In this document: one piece after another, positions 16,762-25,560 of the stretch
Numbering within the stretch: the first letter of the stretch is position 1
Layout of the letters: each line of letters starts with the position of its first letter
IMG/VR virus record: IMGVR_UViG_3300020044_004457
Location: 1 to 32,156 of that record
From: a virus
Taxonomy: Duplodnaviria; Caudoviricetes
Length of the DNA: 32,156 nucleotides
Strand: one strand, 5' to 3'
Position numbers and translations under genes: made by a program
Notes under the pieces: generated by a model
The model's database searches: none
What the model was told of the DNA's origin: nothing
The model's input: only the letters and a program-made list of their open reading frames with translations

Positions 16762-17670
16762 CTATGCCCCAGCGTTGCCGAAGGCTCCGCGCCAATCGCC
16801 TACGCCAGTCGCAAAACGAATGTAGCTGGAAGCGCGAGCGTTCTTCGTGTCGAAGTCGTTGTCCTGCTCCAGCGTAGCGTCGTTGCGCCACATCGACATG
16901 AGGCCGTCCATAACGTCAGTCTGGACGAACCATGCATCGGTGTCGGTCAGGAATTTGTTGACCACCACGTCAGGCACGATACCCATAGCGTTAAGTGCGT
17001 TGATGTCGTTGTTTGGCGTTGAAGGACGCAGCACCGAATTAAGGATGCGCGTTGCGTTGAAGGCATCTTCCGGCGTGATAATCAAACGCTTGATGCCGCT
17101 GTTGATTGCGGCCCCACGGTTTGACTTCAAGCGCCATGTTGCTTTCGCGGCATCTTCAAGCGACGTTTCCGACAAGTCGGCAGCGGTTAGCAAGTTCGAC
17201 TGGAGGCCCGACAATGTAGGGTGCGAAGCCGAGAACAATGCAGCGCCGTCGCCGATTGCGTAGTTGGTATCAAAGCCACGGTTTAGGACGTTGGCGTGGA
17301 CAACTTCAGCAGTCCAGCGCATCGAGCGGGCAAGGTTGCCAGCGCGGCGCGTTGAAATAATCTTGTATTGTCCGTCCGCCAGTTCTTCCATCGTGACGAT
17401 GTAGCCGAGCGCATAAACAACGTGGGTAAACGTCGATTTATAGCCCTGCTGGTCGCTGTCATATTCGATAGGCGAACCTTCGGTCTTTACCGGAGCGAGG
17501 CCAAAGCCAGTGGCTTCAACGACAATCTCCTGATACTTGTCCGAATCTTCACGCTGGAAAATCTTCGACCATGTTGCCGGTTCTTCCGAATAGGACAAAC
17601 CGAACCAGTCCTTGACACCGGGCCACAAGGCATCGGGGTGGGCTGAGCGAGTGATAACACCTGCAACCAT
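16762..17670 (-). CDS. Major capsid protein (HK97 fold expected)
   Basis: 302 aa; G.GLAPVK.EG..I.YD, YALGY.VT.E, GDG.ALFS..HP, FLTDTDAWF, DFDTKN, GDWRG.FG; AAGGAG RBS. Confidence 0.88.
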   Translation of the reverse strand: MVAGVITRSAHPDALWPGVKDWFGLSYSEEPATWSKIFQREDSDKYQEIVVEATGFGLAPVKTEGSPIEYDSDQQGYKSTFTHVVYALGYIVTMEELADGQYKIISTRRAGNLARSMRWTAEVVHANVLNRGFDTNYAIGDGAALFSASHPTLSGLQSNLLTAADLSETSLEDAAKATWRLKSNRGAAINSGIKRLIITPEDAFNATRILNSVLRPSTPNNDINALNAMGIVPDVVVNKFLTDTDAWFVQTDVMDGLMSMWRNDATLEQDNDFDTKNARASSYIRFATGVGDWRGAFGNAGA

Positions 17671-17682
17671 CTTCTATACTCC

Positions 17683-18267
17683 TTATACGCCAGTGGAACC
17701 AGCAGCGCCGGTTTCTGTTGGCAGGTTGATGGCAACAAGCCATTTGGCGTTAGTGCCGATTTCATTGTCACCGCGCTGTTCAAGCCCGATAATGCGAAGC
17801 TGGAGGGTCGCGGTCGTTGCAGCCGTCGAACTGTCCAGCATGAAGCCGGATTGACGGGTTGCAGTGGAACCAGCAGCAGCTATAAGGTCGGCGTTCAAGC
17901 CAACACTCGTTGCAGCCAAGGCACCGCCCACGCTATCTTCCTGAATTTCATATAGGACGTTGGGGTCATCGCAGACAAGCACGTAAAACGCAGTCGAAGC
18001 CGCGCCGTAGCCTACAGCGTTGATTGTCGTGTTAGGTTCAAAGCCAACAACGACGCCAGTGATGCGGCCAGCAGAAGCAGCGGTCGCACGGGTGGCGGTA
18101 GGGGTGCCATCAACATCGGCAGAACCGGCGATGATAACAGGATCGCCCACAAACAGCGCAACGCTGTCAGCGGCAGGGTGGAAATAACGACGCAGCGGAC
18201 CCATGAAGGGCGCGCCGTTGCGATAACGCTTGGGAGTTAGTCCCGAAGCCACATTGGAATTAGGCAT
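17683..18267 (-). CDS. Capsid decoration/cement protein (putative)
   Basis: Directly upstream of the MCP; LFVGDPV, GVVVGF, V.DDPNVLYEIQ. Confidence 0.6.
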   Translation of the reverse strand: MPNSNVASGLTPKRYRNGAPFMGPLRRYFHPAADSVALFVGDPVIIAGSADVDGTPTATRATAASAGRITGVVVGFEPNTTINAVGYGAASTAFYVLVCDDPNVLYEIQEDSVGGALAATSVGLNADLIAAAGSTATRQSGFMLDSSTAATTATLQLRIIGLEQRGDNEIGTNAKWLVAINLPTETGAAGSTGV

Positions 18268-18279
18268 GATAAGTTCCCT

Positions 18280-18305
18280 TAAAAACGGGAGCTAAAATGT
18301 CCCGT
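18280..18305 (-). terminator. Terminator-like hairpin upstream of the capsid genes
   Basis: ACGGGA-N9-TCCCGT followed by TTTT. Confidence 0.4.
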
Positions 18306-18787
18306 CAAGAAATGCGGTTGACTGCTCCAGCCGGGGTATAAAACCCGTCCGAACTGACGCTTTCCTGTGCATTTGGCGTTACCGCAGATTTTTGCAAATC
18401 GTTGTTGGTCTTCGTCAAATGCTCGCGGTCGGCGGCATACCAGTCGGCGTATTTGGACATAAGAACCATCTGGCCCTCGTCTGTGCGGGAAGCGGCAACA
18501 GGTTGCACTTCCTTCACAATGTCCCAATCCTCAGCTTGCAACTGTTGCATACGGCCTACGTCATCGCGGACCCAACGAAGGGTTTTGCCATCACGTGCGG
18601 CCTGCTCTTGAATGCTTTTGGGGATTGCCAGCTTCATACGTGCTGTTCTGTCAAGGTCACCATCATCACGGCGACGACGCTCACGGCGTTCTGCATCAGC
18701 GCGGGGTGAAATAGGGGCCTCTGCTTCATATGAAGCGGTGTCACGCGCTAAACGTGCGGCGGCCCGGTCATACTGTCCTCTTGCCAT
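18305..18787 (-). CDS. Head-module hypothetical protein, 160 aa
   Basis: AAAGGA RBS; Arg-rich N-terminus, LRWVRDD.GR; between scaffold and capsid genes. Confidence 0.7.
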   Translation of the reverse strand: MARGQYDRAAARLARDTASYEAEAPISPRADAERRERRRRDDGDLDRTARMKLAIPKSIQEQAARDGKTLRWVRDDVGRMQQLQAEDWDIVKEVQPVAASRTDEGQMVLMSKYADWYAADREHLTKTNNDLQKSAVTPNAQESVSSDGFYTPAGAVNRIS

Positions 18788-18798
18788 ATATAATATCC

Positions 18799-18844
18799 TT
18801 TATATCAAAAATCTTTGTTCGTGCAATGCCTATTTTTTAGGCAA
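18799..18844 (-). promoter_or_regulatory. Promoter TTGCAC-N16-TATAAA with adjacent palindrome TTGCCTAAAAAATAGGCAT
   Basis: AT-rich intergenic gap; extended -10 TG; palindrome at 18826-18844. Confidence 0.55.
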
Positions 18845-18847
18845 CTT

Positions 18848-19615
18848 TTATCCGTTCTCGGACCAGTAAGTTGCGGCATATTTTTTCAAATCATAATTGG
18901 CACCCGGCATCCGTGAATTGACCATCTTGACGTAATCCTCACCGGCACGGCGCGCTTCGGCTGGTAAGTCGGCAACGCCCTTTTCGCGGGCAACAGGCGC
19001 AGCAACGCGGCTTTGGCTGTTATGCACCGCAGGGGCCTTCTTGGGCTTTTCAAACAATTCGGGGAACCGTTCACGCACCGCTATTTCTGCGGCTTCAAGC
19101 TGCTCCGATACGCCCTTGCCTTGGTTTGCCAGTTTCTTCGATACCATCGCGGCAAGGTCGGTCGCCTTTTCGTGTGTGGTGTACCAGTCGTTGCGTTCGG
19201 TAAATTCCTTCACCATCGTTTTGACATCACCCAAGTCAGGCGCATCATCCAGTCGCGCTAAATCCTTTGCTGCGGCGCGAGCGGCTTCCTTGTCGCCATC
19301 TTCAACGGCTTGGTCATGTCGGGCTTCAAGTTCGGCCCGCTGCTCGTCAAGCGCCTTTGCTGTTAGTGTGGCACTTGTGCGCGCCAGACGGTCGGCAGTG
19401 TCCTTGACGGCCTTTAAATCGCGTTTCAGCGACTTTGTGGATTGCACACCATGCTTGATGTAATCCTCTGCGCTGCGCCATTTGTCAGCATCGCCGTTAT
19501 ATTCATCGGGGGGGAACCACCCCATCTCCTTGGCCAAGTCGTCAAATGGCGTTGGCACATAGGCTTCAGTGGCGACTTCAGTTTCGACCGTTTCAATCAC
19601 TTCTTCAGACATCAT
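18848..19615 (-). CDS. Capsid scaffolding protein (putative)
   Basis: Acidic N-terminus, AKEMGW.P..EY.GD..KW.SA, long charged coiled coil; between portal and MCP. Confidence 0.7.
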   Translation of the reverse strand: MMSEEVIETVETEVATEAYVPTPFDDLAKEMGWFPPDEYNGDADKWRSAEDYIKHGVQSTKSLKRDLKAVKDTADRLARTSATLTAKALDEQRAELEARHDQAVEDGDKEAARAAAKDLARLDDAPDLGDVKTMVKEFTERNDWYTTHEKATDLAAMVSKKLANQGKGVSEQLEAAEIAVRERFPELFEKPKKAPAVHNSQSRVAAPVAREKGVADLPAEARRAGEDYVKMVNSRMPGANYDLKKYAATYWSENG

Positions 19616-19950
19616 GCGCTCTCCTCAATAACAGCGGTTATATCCTTGTCGGTTAGCAGGCGATATTCCTTGCCGTCCCTGCCGTTCACCGTAATCCCGC
19701 CAAACTTGGCGAACATCACCGCGTCACCGGCTTTAGGCGCGTCACCATCAGGAAACGCAGCGAAGTCAAACGCAGCTGGCGATACAGCCACCAACCGGCC
19801 TTCAACCTGCGCCAAGCGGTCGCGGTCGCTGATATTGTCGGGAATGATGATGCTGCCGATTTTCTTATCTTGGGCAGGCAACGCCACAAGCACGTTAAAG
19901 CCGGTAGGACGTATCCCCGGCTTGCAGTCTTTCATATCAGGTATCATCAT
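19612..19950 (-). CDS. groES: Co-chaperonin GroES (Cpn10)-like, 112 aa
   Basis: IRPTGFNVLV, GSIIIPD mobile loop, G.LVAVS, KAGDAVMFAKFGG, GKEYRLL..KDITAVI; GGAG RBS before ATG 19950. Confidence 0.88.
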   Translation of the reverse strand: MMIPDMKDCKPGIRPTGFNVLVALPAQDKKIGSIIIPDNISDRDRLAQVEGRLVAVSPAAFDFAAFPDGDAPKAGDAVMFAKFGGITVNGRDGKEYRLLTDKDITAVIEESA

Positions 19951-20182
19951 TGTCTCCGTGCAGTATTGCCCACTGTTCATAGGGCGTTTCAAATAAAGCA
20001 CGGTAGGCATCGGCGCGAGCGCGCAGCGTATGCAATTCAAGCGGGTCGCATTCACCAGCGCCCCAGCTTCTATCCATCCAGTAATCGGATTGTGCTAAAG
20101 CCCCCTTTTCAGCGGCTTCAAATATCCACTGAGTTACGGGGTTATCCCGCCATCTCAGGAAGTCGTCCATCGTTATCGCCAT
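19937..20182 (-). CDS. Hypothetical protein downstream of portal
   Basis: GGAGAGG RBS; F..WR.NPVT motif. Confidence 0.65.
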   Translation of the reverse strand: MAITMDDFLRWRDNPVTQWIFEAAEKGALAQSDYWMDRSWGAGECDPLELHTLRARADAYRALFETPYEQWAILHGDNDDT

Positions 20183-22196
20183 CGGCAATATCCTCTCCAA
20201 GCGTCACACCAATATCGGTGCCAATCTTTGCAACATCGGCCTTTTGCCGTGCAATTTTCTCTGGCAACATTGCCATAATCTCTTCGGTCTGCGCCGCATA
20301 CAACTCTGTTTGCGCCGCGTTCTTGTCTATCTCGCTGCCAATCTTGTTGACCTCTGCCATCATCACAGGGTCCGGCCCTTGTTGCTTGGCAAGCGGCACC
20401 AGTTTTTCCATATCTTCAACATCAGCCGCTTCGTAAACCCGCACCATCAGTTCGCGCTGGTCCACCATCGGATTGCCCGTGCCGGTCTGCAAAAGGAATT
20501 GCGCCTTAGCCATCTTCTGCAAGCGCGTTACGCTGTTGGGGTCACTTACCGGACGTATATCCATGTCGGATTCGTTGAAGTCCTCGGCAAACTGCGCCCG
20601 CATATCGTCTAACACGTTCGCATAGTCTTCAGCCGTGCGTTCATCGCCATAGGTCGCAATGTTATCGAACAAAATTTTAAACTCTGCCTTCAGTCCGCGA
20701 TAGATGCGTTTGTATATTGCGGTAAAGACCTGAAGCCCCTGCTCGATAAGCGCAAGCGTCGTGCCTACCTGCCCGTTGTTGGACGCATCGCCGCTGGTCA
20801 CGTCCTTGATAGCCGCTACGTCCTTGGCAGCGCCTAATATCAGTTCCAGCAGCGACATCATGATAGGGGAAGGTTGCGGGACCGTGCGCTCCCATATCGC
20901 GTCTCTCAAATTTCCAGCGCCCGCTGAAACGACCTTAAATTCCCCCGGTCGCCAGCGCAGCGTGTTGGTTTGGCCATTGCCTTGAAGGCGCAAGCCAGAC
21001 GAAATAAACCCGCCGCCTGCAACCTGTGCGTGTCCGGCGTCAATCATCAGGTTAATCGTGGTGTCTATCACCCCACCCAATTGCTTCAACAAGTGGCCCA
21101 AGCCTATCCCGTAAAACTTGCCCTCAGGGTGGGGCAGGAAGTCATATTTGGTATAGAACGCGGTCTTTTTGATGTCGATGACACGCTCACCATCAAACTT
21201 GATGCCGCGCATATCATAAGCCGCAATGATGCACAGAACTTCCTGCGTTTCTATATCGACCGTGACGATATATGGCTCCTCGAAGCCGTCCCCATCCATA
21301 TCAATACGCCGATGCTGTTCAATCAACTCCCTTGGCGCTTGGTCATCTTCGCCCAAAGGAGGTAGGTCAACCTCCCGATACTCGCCGGTCATCATCTTTT
21401 GCTTGATAATGTAGGGATATTGCTCTGGAATTATCTCGGTCAGGCGCGGGACGGTTTCAATGTCGCTAGCGTCCATAGGGGCTACCAGTCTTAGGGCAGG
21501 CACGTAGGCCGTGCATGGTTTGCCCTTGTCGCTATCCCACCATTGCTTGCGAAAGCCGCAGCCGACAATCGAAAGCTGGTAAAGCATCGCGTCGGTATCA
21601 CCCTCCCAGTTCGTCATGCGATAGTTCAGCACGACATTGAGATAATCCTTGACCCGCTGCGCCCGCGCAGACTTCGAACCGGGGGGAATTGCCCAAACAG
21701 GTAAAGGTTTCCCGTCCTCATCCATGACGGGTTCTTCTTCGTTCGTCTCTGGATTGAGTTGCATCTGCGGGATAGGAACCGGACCAAAGTCCGTTTGCTC
21801 CATCTGCGGACGGCCCTTGTCGCTGCCGACAACCTTGACCTGAACAGTCTCGTCACCCTTAACAATGGCAGGATATGACCGTGCGTTAAACTCGGTCGCT
21901 GCAATCGTAAGGATGGGGTACTTTACATCGCTGGCATTCTGGAACGGATAGTTTTTGGCGTCGCCTGTGCTTTCCTGCGCCGCGTTCTTCAACGCTTCTT
22001 CGACAATCATCTTCCAGTCGTTGCGTGATGTGCAGTCGCGTTCATAATCCTGCACTACGTCACTGCCCAATGTCGTTAGCTTTTGAGCATCCATAAAGCC
22101 CGTCAGGTTGCCGTCAGTCCGTGCTATCTGGTCAAGCAACGCAAGCCCTGTTATTTCCTCAACGGGCTGTTCTATGTCTGCAAAAGCCGTGGCCAT
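20142..22196 (-). CDS. Portal protein (P22-type podovirus)
   Basis: 684 aa after TerL; YPF.NAS.V.YP, FYGIGLG, PGEFK, GTTLALIEQG..VF.AI.KR; C-terminal helical region. Confidence 0.88.
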   Translation of the reverse strand: MATAFADIEQPVEEITGLALLDQIARTDGNLTGFMDAQKLTTLGSDVVQDYERDCTSRNDWKMIVEEALKNAAQESTGDAKNYPFQNASDVKYPILTIAATEFNARSYPAIVKGDETVQVKVVGSDKGRPQMEQTDFGPVPIPQMQLNPETNEEEPVMDEDGKPLPVWAIPPGSKSARAQRVKDYLNVVLNYRMTNWEGDTDAMLYQLSIVGCGFRKQWWDSDKGKPCTAYVPALRLVAPMDASDIETVPRLTEIIPEQYPYIIKQKMMTGEYREVDLPPLGEDDQAPRELIEQHRRIDMDGDGFEEPYIVTVDIETQEVLCIIAAYDMRGIKFDGERVIDIKKTAFYTKYDFLPHPEGKFYGIGLGHLLKQLGGVIDTTINLMIDAGHAQVAGGGFISSGLRLQGNGQTNTLRWRPGEFKVVSAGAGNLRDAIWERTVPQPSPIMMSLLELILGAAKDVAAIKDVTSGDASNNGQVGTTLALIEQGLQVFTAIYKRIYRGLKAEFKILFDNIATYGDERTAEDYANVLDDMRAQFAEDFNESDMDIRPVSDPNSVTRLQKMAKAQFLLQTGTGNPMVDQRELMVRVYEAADVEDMEKLVPLAKQQGPDPVMMAEVNKIGSEIDKNAAQTELYAAQTEEIMAMLPEKIARQKADVAKIGTDIGVTLGEDIADGDNDGRLPEMAG

Positions 22197-22375
22197 TATG
22201 ATTCCATTTCCGCAATCTTGGCCTTCAATTCAGATGCATTGGCTGTAAAGCCGCCTTGGCCCTCGCGCTTGGCAAGCTTGACCTTCAACTCTCCCAACTC
22301 GGTAGATTTGTCACCCCCTTTCAGTTTGGCCCGCACGTCTTCAATGCGAGAAGTTAATTCAGGCGTAAAAGGCAT
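22196..22375 (-). CDS. 59-aa charged helical protein MPFTPELTSRIEDVRAK... (not in ORF track)
   Basis: Fills the TerL-portal gap; TAATG overlap with the portal start. Confidence 0.6.
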   Translation of the reverse strand: MPFTPELTSRIEDVRAKLKGGDKSTELGELKVKLAKREGQGGFTANASELKAKIAEMES

Positions 22376-22409
22376 ACAGGTCTTTCATGGGGTTCTCCCG
22401 GTTTGCTTG

Positions 22410-22437
22410 CTTATACATGATTGGCGGCGGTTATCAA
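22410..22437 (-). promoter_or_regulatory. Candidate promoter TTGATA-N16-TATAAG
   Basis: Intergenic, directly after the TerL stop. Confidence 0.4.
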
Positions 22438-22446
22438 TAGCAGTCA

Positions 22447-23976
22447 CTAATAACCGGTTATCGTAGAACGATTGGCCTGCACTTCTTCATGATAACCCTC
22501 TTCAAACGTCATCGGCCAGTCAGCAGGGAAGTTATCATCCAGCACCCGAGCCAAGGCGTCCAGCATATCATCATGCAGACCAACAGGGAACGGCAAATAT
22601 TCCTCCTTGATAAAGGCTTCGGCTAAATCCACCGTGCGGCCCTCGTAATTGGTCTTGGGGAATTGCTGCGGCATATAGATGCGCCCGCTCTCAAACCACG
22701 GTATTAACCTGCGTATGCGGTCAATCTTGGGCATTGCGCCCGCCATTTCAGTTATCGGGAAGCGGTAGTTCTCCTGTTCCTGCCTGTGCAAGATATGCTC
22801 AATGTCGGCCATCATGCCGTAGCGTTCATATCCTACTGCTAAGGGACGCCAGCGCCGATGCCAGCCCATTACAAGGTCAGCGCGCTGCGTAAGGCTCAAT
22901 CGGTCGCGCACCATGTCCAGAACGTACATATTGCGGTCGCTGCCTAGCCCTATCACCCAACCCGCCGTGTAATCGCTGTCCTTCTTTTTGCTGCTGGCAG
23001 GGTCAAATATCATGTAGACGTTCAAGCCGGTCGGATTAGGCTGTGCGAACTTCAGCCACGCCTCGTTAAACCCCTGTGTTTCGTCGGCGGTCGGGTCTTG
23101 CATCATCTGCGCTCCAAATACATACGGCCCCATGTCCCTGCGTTTCTCTGCCAGTGCTTCAGGCGTGTGAAATACGGGGTTGCCGTCAATCTTGCCGTTA
23201 TCCGTTGCGGGGTAAATCCGCGCTGTCACTGTGCCACGGTCCATGATGGTCTTGTATGTGTCGTTGTAGTGGTAGCGGGTGCCGATGAATCGCCTGCGGC
23301 CACCATGCGCGCCAAGGTTATAGCTTAATGCCAATGCGTCGGTTGTTTTCTGCATCATCTCCGGCGACGTCACAGATTCCCGTGTCACGATGTCATCATA
23401 TACCAGCAGTTTGTAGTGTTTCGATGTCGGTTGGCCGTCCACCACGCCCCATGCTTCGATTGTGGCTTCCTTGGGGTTGGACTTGCGCCTAACCACCATA
23501 CCGTCATCCTCTGACCACTTGGGGCTTTGCTTGCGCGGGTTTTCCCATAGCACATCAGGGAACCATGCCTTCAGGGTTTCGTTGCCTTCAAACTCGCGCA
23601 TTATCTGCCGCATAAATGCTTTGGCGATAGGCCGTGTGTGCGATGCCAGCCCGATTGTTATCTCGGGGTCGTTCAATATGTCTTGGATTGTCAGCGCGAA
23701 TGTGATGACTGTGGATTTATAGCCTTCACGAAACCATAGGTCTAAATGGCCATCAGGGCTTGCCTGCACTTCCCTGCACCGGGCGAATACCCAATCGTTA
23801 TCGCAGTCGGGGCGGTTCAGTGCGTAGCGTAGCAGGAAGTATAGGTCGTTCTGGCATAGCCAACGAAATGCGTCAGTGGGCGGTTGCTGGTGTTTTTCCG
23901 CTAGCTGCTTCAATCCATGCAATAGCGTCTGATAGACCTGCCGGTGCGTGGGTATGATTGTGGTCAATTTGTCCAT
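22447..23976 (-). CDS. terL: Terminase large subunit
   Basis: Walker A-like FREGYKST, Walker B LLVYDD, coupling motif IGTRY, RNase H-like nuclease DPA...SDYTA and HDDMLDAL. Confidence 0.93.
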   Translation of the reverse strand: MDKLTTIIPTHRQVYQTLLHGLKQLAEKHQQPPTDAFRWLCQNDLYFLLRYALNRPDCDNDWVFARCREVQASPDGHLDLWFREGYKSTVITFALTIQDILNDPEITIGLASHTRPIAKAFMRQIMREFEGNETLKAWFPDVLWENPRKQSPKWSEDDGMVVRRKSNPKEATIEAWGVVDGQPTSKHYKLLVYDDIVTRESVTSPEMMQKTTDALALSYNLGAHGGRRRFIGTRYHYNDTYKTIMDRGTVTARIYPATDNGKIDGNPVFHTPEALAEKRRDMGPYVFGAQMMQDPTADETQGFNEAWLKFAQPNPTGLNVYMIFDPASSKKKDSDYTAGWVIGLGSDRNMYVLDMVRDRLSLTQRADLVMGWHRRWRPLAVGYERYGMMADIEHILHRQEQENYRFPITEMAGAMPKIDRIRRLIPWFESGRIYMPQQFPKTNYEGRTVDLAEAFIKEEYLPFPVGLHDDMLDALARVLDDNFPADWPMTFEEGYHEEVQANRSTITGY

Positions 23977-24199
23977 CAGCTTCCACCTGTAGCGGGATTA
24001 TCTTGGGCCAGATAGTCGCGTAAAAGACCTTCATGTTGTCAGGGTCAGACCGCGCCCATGTAACCAAAGCTTCCATGCCGCCAAGCTTTTCGAATGCGTC
24101 GTGGATTGCTTGTTTGGCTAGTTTGGTGGTTTTGTTGACAGCGCCTTTAGGTCGGCCCTTGCCTTGCTGTGCGCGGAATGCTTCGGGTTGCGTATCCAT
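23873..24199 (-). CDS. terS: Terminase small subunit
   Basis: GRPKGAVNKTT N-terminal motif; directly upstream of and overlapping TerL. Confidence 0.75.
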   Translation of the reverse strand: MDTQPEAFRAQQGKGRPKGAVNKTTKLAKQAIHDAFEKLGGMEALVTWARSDPDNMKVFYATIWPKIIPLQVEADGQIDHNHTHAPAGLSDAIAWIEAASGKTPATAH

Positions 24200-24207
24200 C
24201 GCGTATT

Positions 24208-24387
24208 TTACGCCTTCTCAAGCGCGGCTTGTGCAACGCTGATTAGATGCTCAATCTGTTCGCGGGTGAAGATGACAAAATCCAGCGGGTCGCTTGACCA
24301 ATGACAGTTGAAGTCGCCATCTGTGGTTTTCTTGATTACCAGCGGGGGCATCGTAGCGCTGTTCGTTTTGTGACAGTCAGCATCCAT
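24208..24387 (-). CDS. Hypothetical protein (about 59 aa)
   Basis: 3' part of the 109-aa track ORF from ATG 24387; fills the gap. Confidence 0.45.
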   Translation of the reverse strand: MDADCHKTNSATMPPLVIKKTTDGDFNCHWSSDPLDFVIFTREQIEHLISVAQAALEKA

Positions 24388-24394
24388 TAAAAAT

Positions 24395-24532
24395 TCACTT
24401 ACCAACCTTGACAGTTGCAGGCTTGTTTGGGGACATCGCAATCGCCTTTTGCAGGTGGATGCCCTTGGCTTCCTTTGCCATTGCAGCGCGGGATATGTTT
24501 GAACCGGGTAGGCAGTTAATCTTACTGGACAT
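24395..24532 (-). CDS. Small basic protein, 45 aa (MSSKINCLPG...)
   Basis: AAGGAG RBS, directly after a promoter. Confidence 0.6.
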   Translation of the reverse strand: MSSKINCLPGSNISRAAMAKEAKGIHLQKAIAMSPNKPATVKVGK

Positions 24533-24552
24533 GACAATCTCCTTTGCGGCGC

Positions 24553-24581
24553 AATGTAACATAGTTAAGCAAGCGTTGCAA
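24553..24581 (-). promoter_or_regulatory. Sigma70-type promoter TTGCAA-N17-TACATT heading the packaging genes
   Basis: 17-bp spacer, extended -10 TG, RBS just downstream. Confidence 0.6.
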
Positions 24582-24623
24582 GCTTCCGCATAATCATTCA
24601 TGCAATGGCGCAGAGTAGTTCGG

Positions 24624-24884
24624 TCATTCTGCCAGTGCCACGTCGATCATGGCTTGCCAGGCCTTTTGGGCTTCATAGTCGCCAAGGTTGTATGTGTGCT
24701 GCGGGCAATCGTCGCAATGCGCGGGAATATCTATATCGCCACATGCCTCAATCATCCGCTCACTCGGCTCACGTATCGCCATAAGCACGGCGTGAACATC
24801 CTTCACGTAGCATTTCCACGACAAGTCATCGCCATTTACCAAATTGCACAAAGCCCTCGCAGCGCGTTTCATGTCCTGATACAC
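24624..24884 (-). CDS. Hypothetical phage protein
   Basis: AARAL...AIREPS..M..A...WQAMID.AL pattern seen in phage hypotheticals. Confidence 0.65.
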   Translation of the reverse strand: MYQDMKRAARALCNLVNGDDLSWKCYVKDVHAVLMAIREPSERMIEACGDIDIPAHCDDCPQHTYNLGDYEAQKAWQAMIDVALAE

Positions 24885-24953
24885 GCTCTGGCGTTGGCAT
24901 TGCTACGTTGATTGCCTTAGGCTTTGATTTACGCCTTGCCTTTGCCATATCAT

Positions 24954-25166
24954 TTATCCCCTAGGAAAATCGGTTGATGTAGTGCGCCGCATCTTTTCCG
25001 CTGCGATAATGTCCCTTGCCTCTCCCATTGTCTCGCAAGCATAGTCTCGTTGCACCTTGGCTATCAGGTCGGGTGAGTGCAATTCGCCATCGGTTAGGAT
25101 GCGTAGGCTGGGGTGGGTGGGCAGGAGTGCGGATGCCCATGCGCCAGCTTGTCCGTCATCTATCAT
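24954..25166 (-). CDS. Hypothetical protein, 70 aa
   Basis: ATGA-coupled to the XRE gene. Confidence 0.55.
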   Translation of the reverse strand: MIDDGQAGAWASALLPTHPSLRILTDGELHSPDLIAKVQRDYACETMGEARDIIAAEKMRRTTSTDFPRG

Positions 25167-25339
25167 GGCTTGGCGGCCTGCGATTGCGCTAGAGCGGTCA
25201 TAGCAAGCGCAGTTATGCGAGTAGTGCCGCGCTCCTCCATGCGGAATATCGTGCTGCGGTTTACGTCCAGCTTGTCCGCAAGTTGCGACACGCTTAGCCC
25301 CATTGCCTCACGTGCCGCTTTGAATTGGTCGCCGGTCAT
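25163..25339 (-). CDS. XRE-family helix-turn-helix protein, 58 aa
   Basis: MTGDQFKAAREAMGLSVSQLADKLDVNRSTIFRME; ATGA overlap. Confidence 0.85.
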   Translation of the reverse strand: MTGDQFKAAREAMGLSVSQLADKLDVNRSTIFRMEERGTTRITALAMTALAQSQAAKP

Positions 25340-25560
25340 GTTGACGCCGCCTTGGCGATTGCTTTGCGAGCAATGCATTTCGCCGTGTCAATGCTCCACG
25401 CCTGTGTTGGAATTTCGAGAATGCGCTCAAATGCAATAAGCAAATAGGCATTCACCTCACGCAGCGCTTGCTCGTCAGTTTTGTAGCAACCGCAACCCCG
25501 TGTCGCTGCCTGACCGAAATACGAGCATTCACGGTCGGCGCATTTGTGCAGACTTACCAT
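25336..25560 (-). CDS. Hypothetical Cys-rich protein, 74 aa
   Basis: GAGGAGG RBS; HKC....C.........CGC; C-terminal IARKAIAKA. Confidence 0.6.
   Translation of the reverse strand: MVSLHKCADRECSYFGQAATRGCGCYKTDEQALREVNAYLLIAFERILEIPTQAWSIDTAKCIARKAIAKAAST

Noticed and set aside
19951-20055. N-terminal extension of GroES in the track
   Set aside because: RBS and family similarity begin at 19950
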